The notes: generated from the letters alone by a model not told the origin. DNA of 32,000 nucleotides from Psychrobacter sp. DM4 (GCF_051307035.1 NZ_CP195536.1:960001-992000); one strand, 5' to 3'. Counted from the first letter of the stretch, positions 9,849 to 19,830 are shown. Made by a program: numbers and translations.

Positions 9849-9977
9849 AGCAGTATGTTTATCTAAATGACGGCTAAATGTCTTATTGCTTAATTGTAGC
9901 GACATTTTTCGATCTTTTGTTTATTGTAATTTATATCTAGCACTCTTTGCTTTCAATATTTATAGGTAGTGACAGTT

Positions 9978-11180
9978 ATGACGCAACGCATCGCTGTACT
10001 GGGCGCAACGGGTTCAATTGGGGATAGCACGCTCGCTATTTTGGCGGATCATCCGCAGGATTACACCGTTTATGCCTTATCAGGGTATCAGCGCTTGGAC
10101 AAATTATTTGCGCTTTGTCAGCAGTTCAAGCCCACGCGTGTCTGCGTGCCTACAAAGGATGTTGATAGTTTTGCTCAGCGTTTAAGCGCAGCGGGCTTGT
10201 CTATTGATGTGGTAGGCGGCAAAGCAGGTCTGATCGACATTGCCACTGACGTACAAACGGATACGGTTGTGGCCGCTATCGTTGGCGCAGCAGGATTGCC
10301 ATCTACTTTGGCCGCTGCGCGCGCAGGCAAACGTATTTTGCTAGCCAATAAAGAGGCGCTAGTGATGGCAGGCGAAGTGCTTATCCGCGCTGTCAAAACC
10401 CACAAGGCGACACTGCTACCGATCGACTCAGAGCACAATGCAATATTTCAATGCTTGCCTGCAAGTATTCAACAAGACCATGCACAAATTCATGATGTCA
10501 GTCATGGCGTGCGCAAATTATGGCTGACCGCATCAGGTGGGCCTTTTTTGAATCAAACTTTTGAGCAGATGCAGCGAGCAAGTGTGGCTCAAGCGGTCAA
10601 ACACCCTAATTGGTCTATGGGTCAAAAGATATCAGTGGATTCTGCGACAATGATGAACAAAGGGCTTGAGCTAATAGAAGCCTGTCATTTGTTTGATTTG
10701 CCAGAGGATAAAATAAACGTCGTTATGCATCCGCAAAGTATCATTCACTCAATGGTAGAATATAGCGACGGTAGCTATTTGGCGCAGCTCGGTAGTCCAG
10801 ATATGAAGACACCCATTGCTCATGCTCTAAGCTATCCCAATCGTATTGATAGTGGCTCGCAGCCTTTAGACTTATTTGCACTGAGCGCCTTAGAATTCAT
10901 TAAACCCGATTTACAAAAATTTGCATGTTTGCGTTTAGCAAGACAGGCGATGCAAGCAGGTACGCAGGCCACGATCGTACTCAATGCTGCTAACGAGATA
11001 GCGGTTGCTTCATTCTTAGACGGGCAGATTCGCCTGACAGATATTGCTGATATCAATGAGCGCACGCTAACCCAAGTGTCAGTATCTACGCTGGGCCGTG
11101 ACGCTGATATCGATGATATTTTGGCTATTGATACCTTAGCACGCCGTCATACTAAAATGATTGTCTCCAAAATGGCATAG
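9978..11180 (+). CDS. dxr: 1-deoxy-D-xylulose-5-phosphate reductoisomerase
   Basis: 'RIAVLGATGSIGDSTL...LANKEALV...DSEHNAIFQCL...TASGGPF...HPNWSMG'. The track start at 9969 is GTG. ATG 9978 (MTQRIAVLG) with 'aggt' upstream is preferred. Confidence 0.93.
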   Translation: MTQRIAVLGATGSIGDSTLAILADHPQDYTVYALSGYQRLDKLFALCQQFKPTRVCVPTKDVDSFAQRLSAAGLSIDVVGGKAGLIDIATDVQTDTVVAAIVGAAGLPSTLAAARAGKRILLANKEALVMAGEVLIRAVKTHKATLLPIDSEHNAIFQCLPASIQQDHAQIHDVSHGVRKLWLTASGGPFLNQTFEQMQRASVAQAVKHPNWSMGQKISVDSATMMNKGLELIEACHLFDLPEDKINVVMHPQSIIHSMVEYSDGSYLAQLGSPDMKTPIAHALSYPNRIDSGSQPLDLFALSALEFIKPDLQKFACLRLARQAMQAGTQATIVLNAANEIAVASFLDGQIRLTDIADINERTLTQVSVSTLGRDADIDDILAIDTLARRHTKMIVSKMA

Positions 11181-11218
11181 ATTCATCCTGATGCAGCACC
11201 GTTCAAGCGAGGCGATTT

Positions 11219-12586
11219 ATGACTTTTTTATTAACACTACTAGCCGCTATTTTTGTATTAGGTCCGCTTATTGCCTTGCATGAGTGGGGACATTATATCG
11301 TAGCAAGGCTTTGCGGCGTCAAAGTCTTAACCTACTCTATTGGTTTTGGTCCCAAAATCGCAGGTTGGACGAGCAAAAAGAGCGGTATTGATTATCGTAT
11401 CTCAGCGCTACCCCTAGGCGGCTACGTCAAGATGCTCGATGAGCGTGAAGGCGAGGTTTCCGCAGATGAGTTACATTTAGCGTTTAACCGTCAGCATCCA
11501 CTCAAAAAGATAGCCGTTGTCGCGGCAGGTTCTTTGATGAATTTTATCATTGCTATTGCTCTGTTTTGGGTGCTGTTCATGACGCCATCCGAGCAATTAG
11601 CCACCAAGATTGGACAAATACTACCCGATACTCCTGCAGCGATAGCGAACATGCCAGTCGGCGACAAGATTATCGCTATAGATGGTCATAAAGTGCAGAC
11701 ATGGGAGGGAATTAATTACCGCTTAGCGAACCGTATGGGTGAGACGCAAAACATCAGCATCACTCTGGAATCTGCTGAGCAAGCTACTCAAACCTATCTG
11801 GCACCTGTAACAGAGTTTATGCAAGGCGATGCTCAAGGTAAAGATGCCTTAACTAGCTTTGGCATGCTCCCTTGGCAACCACAAATTGCACCTGTCATTG
11901 GTGAGCTGTCAGCTGATGGCGCTGCAAGTTTGCAAGGTATGCAAGCTGGTGATCAAATTACCGCTATTAATGATACGCTCATAACCGATTGGATCAGTGC
12001 GACGCGAGTCATTAGAGATAACCCAGAAACACTGCTTAATTTTAGCGTATTGCGTGATGGCGACCCTGTGATGCTACAGATTATGCCTCAAGCCAAAAAA
12101 GACACTCTGGGCAATCGTTACGGACAGATTGGGGCTATGGTTGCACAGACTGACATTGTGATTCCAGATGCTTATAAGACTACCGTTGAGTATGGCGCAG
12201 GCGCCGCTTTGGTTCAATCGTTCAAAAAGACTGAGCAACTGGCCGTTATGACTGTCAGCTCAATGGGCAAGATGCTCTCAGGTATGATAGGGCTAGACAA
12301 CTTGTCAGGACCGATTACAATCGCCAAGGTTGCCAAACAGAGTTTTGATATCAGTTGGGAGATGGTACTATCTACCGCTGCATTGATTAGCCTGAGTCTA
12401 GCAGTGCTCAACTTACTGCCGATTCCAGTACTTGATGGTGGTCATATCGTTTATTATGTGATCGAGCTCATTCGCGGTAAGCCTTTGCCTGAAGGTGTAC
12501 AAATAGCAGGTTTGAATATCGGTTTACTCTTGCTGGCAGGTTTCATGGTGTTAGCTATTGGTAATGATATCAGCCGACTGTTTTAA
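11219..12586 (+). CDS. rseP: Sigma-E protease RseP (site-2 zinc metalloprotease, two PDZ domains)
   Basis: 'HEWGHY' HExxH motif near the N-terminus and C-terminal 'NLLPIPVLDGGH'. 455 aa. Conserved position before bamA. Confidence 0.9.
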   Translation: MTFLLTLLAAIFVLGPLIALHEWGHYIVARLCGVKVLTYSIGFGPKIAGWTSKKSGIDYRISALPLGGYVKMLDEREGEVSADELHLAFNRQHPLKKIAVVAAGSLMNFIIAIALFWVLFMTPSEQLATKIGQILPDTPAAIANMPVGDKIIAIDGHKVQTWEGINYRLANRMGETQNISITLESAEQATQTYLAPVTEFMQGDAQGKDALTSFGMLPWQPQIAPVIGELSADGAASLQGMQAGDQITAINDTLITDWISATRVIRDNPETLLNFSVLRDGDPVMLQIMPQAKKDTLGNRYGQIGAMVAQTDIVIPDAYKTTVEYGAGAALVQSFKKTEQLAVMTVSSMGKMLSGMIGLDNLSGPITIAKVAKQSFDISWEMVLSTAALISLSLAVLNLLPIPVLDGGHIVYYVIELIRGKPLPEGVQIAGLNIGLLLLAGFMVLAIGNDISRLF

Positions 12587-12849
12587 AGAGGCGTACTGTG
12601 CTTTGCAGAGTCAGACGCGATAGGTTAATGGCTAAGAGGTAGTAATACTTGATTTATAACGGTATGCTACTGACAGTCTAAGAGACTAGCTACTGTACTA
12701 ATCGTAATTTTTAGTTTATTTTGTGATACGTTTTATATAAAGTGTCCTTAGCGGCTCATCATGTACTTGTCTTACTAGTATTCGATAGCGCTTGACCATG
12801 TATAGTTTTACCTTAACTTAAGCAAGTTTTTTATTGACGGATAGTGTTT

Positions 12850-15285
12850 ATGCGTACGCCTTTATTGATGAGTGCGGCTGGGTTGCCGTTAGTTGTAGCG
12901 ATGATGAGTGTGCCTGTACAGGCTGCCACCTTTGTAGTGACCGATATCGGTTTTACAGGGTTACAGCGCTTGACCCCTGACAGCCTATATCCTGTACTGC
13001 CAATCGAAGTTGGCGATACCGTTACTGATAGCAGTCTTGCGGCAAGTATCAAGGCACTGTATGCCACTGATAATTTTGCCAATATTCAAAGCCGTGTCGA
13101 GGGCAATCAGCTGCGTTTTGACATGGTTGAGCGTCCTGTTATCGCCGAAGTCAACTTTGAAGGCAATAAGCTCATTCCTAAAGAGGGGCTAGAAGAAGGA
13201 CTTGCAAGCGCGGGTTTATCCGCTGGGGATGTACTTAAACAATCGACCTTGCAGGCGGTGGCAAACGAGCTACAGCAGCAGTATATCAGTCAAGGATATT
13301 ACAATAGCAATATTGAGGTGGATCAAACACTACTCGATGGCAACCGCGTCAAACTGGATGTGCGCTTTATTGAAGGTAAGCCTGCTAAAGTTGTCGATAT
13401 TAATATCATTGGCAACAGTCATTTTAGTGATGAGGATATCAAAGACGTCTTTGCGGTAAAAGAGTCCTCTTGGACGCGTCTATTGTCAAAATCCGATCGC
13501 TACGCCAAAGAGAAGCTGGCGGCAAGTTTGGAGAGTTTGAAAGCGCTATATCAGAACGATGGCTACGTACGCTTCAATGTCGACAATGCCATACTTAATA
13601 TCAGTGAAGACAAGAGCAGTGTCTTTATTGAAGTGAGCCTCAGTGAAGGTGAGCAGTATCAGTTTGGTGAAGTGAATTTTTTAGGCCAGCCTACTTTTGA
13701 GAATAATGAATTAAGAGAACTTGTCACTTTTGCCCCCAGTGAGCAGTACTCTCAAGCAAATCTCGATGAGACAACCGCTGCGCTAAAAAATCGCTACGGC
13801 AACGATGGCTATTACTTTGCACAAGTACGTCCTGTATCGCGCATCAATGATGAGACCAAAATTGTCGACGTCGATTATTACATCGATCCTGCGCGTCCCA
13901 TCTATGTTCGCCGTATTAACTTTGATGGAAATATTAAGACCCAAGACCAGGTGCTACGCCGCGAGATGCGACAGCTAGAGGGCGCATTGACCTCTAATCG
14001 TGATATTCAACTGTCACGTACGCGCCTGATGCGTACTGGGTTTTTTAAGAGCGTCAATGTCGATGTCAAACCAGTACCCAACCAGCCTGACCAGATCGAT
14101 ATCAACTATACTGTAGTTGAGCAGCCTTCTGGCAGCTCAACGATTGCCGCTGGTTATTCACAAAGTGGCGGTGTTACTTTTCAGTTAGATCTCACTCAAA
14201 ACAACTTTATGGGTACGGGTAACCGTGTCAAAGCAGCGTTATCGCGTTCAGAGACACGTGATTCATATAGCTTGGGTTATACCGATCCTTACTTTACCGA
14301 AAACGGGGTATCACAAGGCGTTAGCGCCTACTACCGCGAGACCAAGTTCGATGATCGCAACGTTAGCAACTATGTTACTGACTCTTATGGCGCTACGCTC
14401 AACTATAGCTATCCTGTTGATGAAACTAAGCGCGTGAGCGCAGGGTTAAATATCGATAACACCGATGTCCGTGGTGGTCGTAATTTAGGGGTCTCAAACG
14501 TAGATCGAATCATTGATGATGGCGGCTCTTTTGAGAACTTCACTGGTGAATTTGAAGGTCGTACCGGCTTTAAAAACGACTATACGACCTATAATTTGCT
14601 CCTTGGCTGGGACTACAGTACGCTTGACCGTCCCGTATTTCCAACCAAAGGCATGAGTCATACGGTTGATGCGACCATTGGTCTTGGTGATGTTAATTAT
14701 CAAAAGCTTATCTATCGCGGTAATGTCTACTATCCACTTTATAAAGACGTAGTAGCGCGTGGTTATACTAAGCTCGGTTACGGTAATGATCTTCCCTTTT
14801 ACGAGAACTTTTATGCGGGTGGTTATGGCTCCGTTCGAGGTTATGAGTCCTCAACTTTAGGTCCTAAATCACAAAGTTACGCTGATGCTATCAGTGATCA
14901 AGACATACGTAGCATCAGAGACGAAGAAGTTGGTGGTAACGCACTAGCGACGTTCGGGACTGAGCTAATCCTACCCTTACCATTCAAAGGCGATTGGGCG
15001 GATCAAGTTCGTCCTGTACTATTCGCTGAAGGCGGACAAGTATTCGATACGACCGGCAGAGAAGACACAAACTTCGTCGATCCAAACGGCAATGTCACAC
15101 TCAATCCTGATGGCAGTCCTGTAAAGCTACTGACACAAGATAATGGCTTACGTTTTAGTGCAGGAGCTGGTGTGACGTGGTATACGCCTATTGGTCCTAT
15201 ATCATTAAGCTACGCGGTGCCAATCGGTGACAAAGAAGGCGATGAGACTGAAAAAGTTCAGTTCCAGATCGGTAGTACCTTTTAA
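12850..15285 (+). CDS. bamA: Outer membrane protein assembly factor BamA (POTRA repeats + Omp85 barrel)
   Basis: Signal peptide '...VPVQAATF', POTRA-like repeats, 'VRRINFDGNIKTQDQVLRREM', and a C-terminal barrel ending 'FQIGSTF'. The track start is GTG 12844; ATG 12850 is an equally plausible start. Confidence 0.93.
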   Translation: MRTPLLMSAAGLPLVVAMMSVPVQAATFVVTDIGFTGLQRLTPDSLYPVLPIEVGDTVTDSSLAASIKALYATDNFANIQSRVEGNQLRFDMVERPVIAEVNFEGNKLIPKEGLEEGLASAGLSAGDVLKQSTLQAVANELQQQYISQGYYNSNIEVDQTLLDGNRVKLDVRFIEGKPAKVVDINIIGNSHFSDEDIKDVFAVKESSWTRLLSKSDRYAKEKLAASLESLKALYQNDGYVRFNVDNAILNISEDKSSVFIEVSLSEGEQYQFGEVNFLGQPTFENNELRELVTFAPSEQYSQANLDETTAALKNRYGNDGYYFAQVRPVSRINDETKIVDVDYYIDPARPIYVRRINFDGNIKTQDQVLRREMRQLEGALTSNRDIQLSRTRLMRTGFFKSVNVDVKPVPNQPDQIDINYTVVEQPSGSSTIAAGYSQSGGVTFQLDLTQNNFMGTGNRVKAALSRSETRDSYSLGYTDPYFTENGVSQGVSAYYRETKFDDRNVSNYVTDSYGATLNYSYPVDETKRVSAGLNIDNTDVRGGRNLGVSNVDRIIDDGGSFENFTGEFEGRTGFKNDYTTYNLLLGWDYSTLDRPVFPTKGMSHTVDATIGLGDVNYQKLIYRGNVYYPLYKDVVARGYTKLGYGNDLPFYENFYAGGYGSVRGYESSTLGPKSQSYADAISDQDIRSIRDEEVGGNALATFGTELILPLPFKGDWADQVRPVLFAEGGQVFDTTGREDTNFVDPNGNVTLNPDGSPVKLLTQDNGLRFSAGAGVTWYTPIGPISLSYAVPIGDKEGDETEKVQFQIGSTF

Positions 15286-15442
15286 GGACTAAGCATAGCT
15301 ATGTCCTTATCTACTACTAGTCGTGATTTACTACAGGTTTAACACCTCAAACCTTGTAGTAATGCGCTGTTATTCAATAAGTCGTCAGACTGATTTTAGA
15401 TTTGACGACTGTTTACTTATACCTACAATACTACGATCAATT

Positions 15443-16459
15443 ATGATAACGATTGAGCACCTTATTACTCAAATTGAGAGGCGTCAGCCAGTACTGAATA
15501 AGGCTGAGCTGAGTGCCAAGCAATTGCAGCTGAGCTTGACTGGTATAGGTAGTCTCGTCGATGCCAATGCAGCGCAGTTGAGCTTTTTGGCGGATCCCAG
15601 CTACATCTCCAGTTTGGCTCAAAGTCAGGCAGGCGCAGTCTTAGTGACCCAAAAGTATCAGCAGCAAGTACCAGTAGGCGTCGTTGCCATAGTCGTTGAC
15701 AATCCTTATTTGGCTTATGCTAATAGTAGTCAGCGGTTTGCATTTACGTCAAAGACTAGCCGTATTCATCCCACTGCTAGTATTGATGATAGTGCAATAC
15801 TAGGTGAGTCGGTTAGCATTGGACCTTTTTGCGTGATCGATGAACAAGTCGCTATCGGCGCGCGTAGTTGCTTAGATGCTCATGTTGTTATCGAGGCTTA
15901 TGCTACTATCGGTACCGACTGCATCCTTAACTCTCAGGTGGTGCTGAGTCATCACTGCGTTTTAGGTAATCATGTGCGTTTGCATGCTGGTGCAAGCATT
16001 GGTGCTGAGGGCTTTGGCTTTGCACCAACAGTAGACCCTAGTACAAGTGGCTGGGAGCGCATTGCGCAATTAGGTCGCGTTATTATCGGTGATCACGTCC
16101 GCATCGGTAGCAATACTTGCGTAGATCGCGGCGCTATCGATGATACGGTAATCGGTAATCATGTTATTATCGACAATCTGGTGCAGATCGCTCATAACGT
16201 ACGCATTGGCGATGGTAGTGCTATTGCGGCGCAAACGGGTATTGCTGGGAGCACTACCATTGGCAAACGATGTATCATAGGTGGCGCTGTCGGCATTACA
16301 GGTCACGTTGCTATCACTGACGACGTCACACTATCTGGCATGACGATGGTGACCAAATCAATAAAAACGCCCGGCCCTTATTCCTCAGGTACAGCTGCAA
16401 TGCCGACTGCTAAATGGCGCAAAGCTGCGGTTAGGTTTCGAAAATTAGGCTACGATTAA
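15443..16459 (+). CDS. lpxD: UDP-3-O-acylglucosamine N-acyltransferase
   Basis: Left-handed beta-helix hexapeptide repeats and 'NPYLAYA'. Alignment from memory to LpxD begins at 'MITIEHL' (ATG 15443). The 40 aa upstream in the track ORF (15323) have no LpxD-like content. Confidence 0.88.
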   Translation: MITIEHLITQIERRQPVLNKAELSAKQLQLSLTGIGSLVDANAAQLSFLADPSYISSLAQSQAGAVLVTQKYQQQVPVGVVAIVVDNPYLAYANSSQRFAFTSKTSRIHPTASIDDSAILGESVSIGPFCVIDEQVAIGARSCLDAHVVIEAYATIGTDCILNSQVVLSHHCVLGNHVRLHAGASIGAEGFGFAPTVDPSTSGWERIAQLGRVIIGDHVRIGSNTCVDRGAIDDTVIGNHVIIDNLVQIAHNVRIGDGSAIAAQTGIAGSTTIGKRCIIGGAVGITGHVAITDDVTLSGMTMVTKSIKTPGPYSSGTAAMPTAKWRKAAVRFRKLGYD

Positions 16460-16519
16460 AAGAGCGTATAATGGTCATCCCGTTGTAAATAATCGCTGAG
16501 ATAGCAAGGAAAGCATATT

Positions 16520-17038
16520 ATGAGCACTACTGATTTTGAAACCCTCACTGATACTGATATCAGCAAATTAGCAGAGCAGGGACTCACCCTACCTTTGACT
16601 TATCATACGCTTAAGCATTACTTGCCGCATCGCTACCCTTTTATGCTGGTCGACAAGATTACAGCTTGCAAACCTGATGAATCCATCATAGGTATCAAGA
16701 ACGTTACGATCAATGAAGAGTTCTTTAATGGTCATTTTCCAGGTGAGCCCATTATGCCAGGTGTATTGATGGTAGAGTCAATGGCGCAGGTCTCAGGGGT
16801 ACTTGGATTTATTAGTGCAGGCTTAACCGCAGAAGATGGTTACTTATATCTGTTTGCAGGTGTTGATAAGGTTCGTTTCAAGCGCCGCGTAATTCCTGGT
16901 GATCAGCTAATTATTCGCGCTAAAACCGTCATGCAAAAACGCGGTATCTACAAGTTTGATTGTACCGTACACGTAGAGAATCAGCTGGCTGCTAGCGCCC
17001 AAATTATGATTGCCCGTCAAGAGCAACCTGACAAATAA
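16520..17038 (+). CDS. fabZ: 3-hydroxyacyl-ACP dehydratase FabZ
   Basis: 'LPHRYPFMLVDKI...NEEFFNGHFPGEPIMPGVLMVESMAQ', RBS 'aagga'. Confidence 0.94.
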   Translation: MSTTDFETLTDTDISKLAEQGLTLPLTYHTLKHYLPHRYPFMLVDKITACKPDESIIGIKNVTINEEFFNGHFPGEPIMPGVLMVESMAQVSGVLGFISAGLTAEDGYLYLFAGVDKVRFKRRVIPGDQLIIRAKTVMQKRGIYKFDCTVHVENQLAASAQIMIARQEQPDK

Positions 17039-17112
17039 CAATGTCAGAGGCATGCTAGCACCCTTACACCTAGATCATTTTTGTATAATTGAGACCTACA
17101 AAGGCCTGCACT

Positions 17113-17892
17113 ATGAGTCAGATTCACCCTACAGCAATCATCTCACCATCCGCTACGATTGATGACACCGCTGTCATAGGACCTTATTGCATAATAGGGG
17201 ACGAGGTGAGCATTGGCGCTCATACTACTTTGCATAGACATGTGGTGGTATCCAAACTGACTCGTATCGGACAACACAACCAGATCTATCAGTTTGCAAG
17301 TGTAGGAGAGGACTGTCAGGATCTAAAATATGACGGCGAACGTACTTGGCTTGAGATAGGAGACCATAATACTATCCGCGAAGCTTGTAGTTTGCATCGA
17401 GGAACCATGCAGGAGAAGGGTTTGACCAAGATTGGCAGTCATAATCTACTGATGGTAAACACTCATGTGGCGCATGATTGCATTATCGGTGATCACAATA
17501 TATTTGCTAATAACGTCGGTATCGCAGGGCATGTGATCATCGGTGATCATACTATTATTGGTGGTAATTCAGGTATACATCAGTTTTGCCGCGTAGACGA
17601 CTATAGCTTGATTGGCGGTGCCAGCTTAATTTTAAAAGATGTCGCTGCCTTTACTATGGTGTCTGGTAATCCTGCAAGTGCTCACGGTCTCAATGTTGAG
17701 GGCATGCGCCGTAAAAACTGGCCCAAAGAGACCATTGATGTACTGCGCCAAGCCTACCGCGTTATTTATAGATCGGGTCTTACCACCGTACAAGCGCTTG
17801 AAGTGCTCCATCAAGATATGCTACCGCAAGAGCCAAAGATTCAACTGCTCATTGATTCCCTACAACAAAGCCAGCGCGGCGTAGTACGCTAA
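17113..17892 (+). CDS. lpxA: Acyl-ACP--UDP-N-acetylglucosamine O-acyltransferase
   Basis: 'MSQIHPTAIISPSATIDD' plus hexapeptide repeats and 'GLNVEGMRRKN'. The track start at 17089 is TTG; ATG 17113 matches the usual LpxA N-terminus. Confidence 0.9.
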   Translation: MSQIHPTAIISPSATIDDTAVIGPYCIIGDEVSIGAHTTLHRHVVVSKLTRIGQHNQIYQFASVGEDCQDLKYDGERTWLEIGDHNTIREACSLHRGTMQEKGLTKIGSHNLLMVNTHVAHDCIIGDHNIFANNVGIAGHVIIGDHTIIGGNSGIHQFCRVDDYSLIGGASLILKDVAAFTMVSGNPASAHGLNVEGMRRKNWPKETIDVLRQAYRVIYRSGLTTVQALEVLHQDMLPQEPKIQLLIDSLQQSQRGVVR

Positions 17893-17910
17893 AGTAGACT
17901 TTCATTCTTT

Positions 17911-17946
17911 AAAAGCCATAACACTAAGTTATGGCTTTTTTGTGTT
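17911..17946 (+). terminator. Rho-independent terminator after lpxA
   Basis: Stem GCCATAAC (17915-17922) / GTTATGGC (17928-17935), extended by AAAA/TTTT, followed by TTTTTTGTGTTT. Confidence 0.8.
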
Positions 17947-18114
17947 TATCAGTTCTTGACTTTTTGTAACGATTAGCAGAAACTTCCTAGTCATATAGCG
18001 TTAGATTCTAGTAACTTATTTTAACCAATAACTGACTTGTCGTCTCTTTGAGTATTTACCCTTTACTAAGCTAAATAGCTCAAAGGGACTTGCAAACAAA
18101 TTTAGGAGTGCTTT

Positions 18115-19635
18115 ATGGCAGAGCCAAGAGAAAGCTGGTCCAGTCGAACTGGGTTTATTCTAGCCGCTGTCGGTTCAGCGGTCGGACTAGGTAATATATG
18201 GCGGTTCCCCTATGTAGCCTATGATAATGGGGGCGGGGCATTTATGGTACCCTACCTTATTGCGTTGTTGACCGCGGGTATTCCTCTATTATTTTTGGAC
18301 TATATTATCGGTCACAAATATCGCGCCGCTGCGCCTCGTGCCTACAAAAAAATGGTGCCCTCCGCTCAGTTTGTCGGATGGTGGCAGACGCTAGTCTCCT
18401 TTGTCATCGCTATTTATTACGCTGCTGTTATCGTTTGGGCAGGCAGCTACATGTTTTTCTCCTTTGGACAAAAATGGGGCGAGGATACCACAACTTTCTT
18501 TGTCAGTGATTTTGTCCAACATACAGGGGAGCTGACTTCAGTATTTGTACCGCAGATGTTTACAGGCCTTGTTATTGTTTGGGTACTTGCTATCTTGATT
18601 ATGTTTGGTGGTATTCGTAAGGGCGTTGAGCTTGCTAACAAAATCTGTATTCCACTGCTTATTGTCTTATTCGGTATCATGGTATTCAAAGCGTTGACCT
18701 TGCCAGGTGCGGTTATCGGTATCAATGCTTTCTTTGAGCCTAATTGGACAAAAATGCAAGATCCTAATGTGTGGCTGGCCGCTTACGGTCATGTGTTTTT
18801 CTCTTTATCAGTTGGTTTTGGTATCATGGTAACGTATGCCTCCTACCTCAAAAAGAATACGAACTTAACTGGCGCAGGTTTAGTCGTTGGTTTTGCGAAC
18901 TCATCGTTTGAGCTTATCGCTGGTATCGGTATCTTTGCTGCGATCGGTTTTATGGCGATGTCGACAGGTCAAGACGTTTCAGAAGTAGCTAGTGGCGGCG
19001 TCGGACTGGCGTTCTTTGTTTTCCCAAAAATCATCTCTACTATGGGTGCCAGCGGTGATTTTGTTGGTTTCTTATTCTTTGGCTCACTAGTAGTTGCTGG
19101 TATCAGCTCACTTATTAGTATCTTAGAAGTCCCAATCTCTGCGTTTCAAGACAAGTTTGATTGGTCACGTAAAAAAGCCGTGGCCTCAATCGTTGGCGTC
19201 TGTGCGATTATCTCGATCGCAGCTTTCTCTACGGGCAGCTCGCTAGTCTTGGTCGACGTTATTGATCATTTTGCCAACAACATCGGCATCGTCGCTGGTG
19301 GCCTCATGTCTATCGTTTGGGTGACTTGGTTTAATCGTAACAAGATTCCAGGCTTGCTTGCTCATATCAACCGCATCTCTAGCGTCAAGCTTGGCGGCGC
19401 TTGGGTATTTATGTTGACGGTCATTACACCTACGGTGCTAACAGTAGCTTTGGGTCTTAAGCTTATTAACTTAGTACAAGAGCCTTATGAGGGTTATTCT
19501 ACTTCTATTCTCTTGTTATTTGGTTGGGGCGTAGTGGTCTTCTTTGGTCTAGGTGCATTTATACTAACCCGTATGAAAGGCTTGCATGATGCTGAAGATG
19601 ATAAGTCACGCGCGCTTGACGATGCCCGTAGATAA
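18115..19635 (+). CDS. Sodium-dependent transporter, NSS/SNF family
   Basis: 'WSSRTGFILAAVGSAVGLGNIWRFPY' NSS signature, about 12 predicted TM segments, RBS 'aggag'. Substrate not determinable. Confidence 0.88.
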   Translation: MAEPRESWSSRTGFILAAVGSAVGLGNIWRFPYVAYDNGGGAFMVPYLIALLTAGIPLLFLDYIIGHKYRAAAPRAYKKMVPSAQFVGWWQTLVSFVIAIYYAAVIVWAGSYMFFSFGQKWGEDTTTFFVSDFVQHTGELTSVFVPQMFTGLVIVWVLAILIMFGGIRKGVELANKICIPLLIVLFGIMVFKALTLPGAVIGINAFFEPNWTKMQDPNVWLAAYGHVFFSLSVGFGIMVTYASYLKKNTNLTGAGLVVGFANSSFELIAGIGIFAAIGFMAMSTGQDVSEVASGGVGLAFFVFPKIISTMGASGDFVGFLFFGSLVVAGISSLISILEVPISAFQDKFDWSRKKAVASIVGVCAIISIAAFSTGSSLVLVDVIDHFANNIGIVAGGLMSIVWVTWFNRNKIPGLLAHINRISSVKLGGAWVFMLTVITPTVLTVALGLKLINLVQEPYEGYSTSILLLFGWGVVVFFGLGAFILTRMKGLHDAEDDKSRALDDARR

Positions 19636-19667
19636 CGGTTAGATAAACGATATAATAGGAATATATT

Positions 19668-19802
19668 ATGAGTACTTCAGCAATTATTTTTATGATTATC
19701 TCAATGCTATTGATATGGGGCGGATTAATTGCTGCTATCTTGCACTTGAGAAAACACCCTGACATTCCAATGAGTCAGCTACCAGACGATGATATCTACT
19801 AA
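19668..19802 (+). CDS. 44-aa single-TM protein, probable MetS-like NSS transporter small subunit (not in the ORF track)
   Basis: ATG 19668 lies 8 nt after 'aggaa' and 32 nt after the NSS stop. Translation is MSTSAIIFMIISMLLIWGGLIAAILHLRKHPDIPMSQLPDDDIY*. It has one hydrophobic helix with an 'IWGG' core and a basic then acidic tail. A terminator follows immediately. Confidence 0.6.
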   Translation: MSTSAIIFMIISMLLIWGGLIAAILHLRKHPDIPMSQLPDDDIY

Positions 19803-19830
19803 AGCTAAGCTTTTATCGGTATCATCAATA

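Noticed and set aside
15323-15442. N-terminal 40 aa of the track's lpxD ORF (checked as a possible Skp remnant)
   Set aside because: The sequence ([25 protein letters not shown]...) has no signal peptide or Skp-like character, and the region is better explained by RNA hairpins. LpxD homology starts at ATG 15443.
19559-19765. 68-aa minus-strand ORF downstream of the NSS gene
   Set aside because: It overlaps the NSS 3' end and lies antisense to the better-supported 44-aa plus-strand ORF, which has an RBS, a TM helix and terminator placement. It is treated as a shadow ORF.
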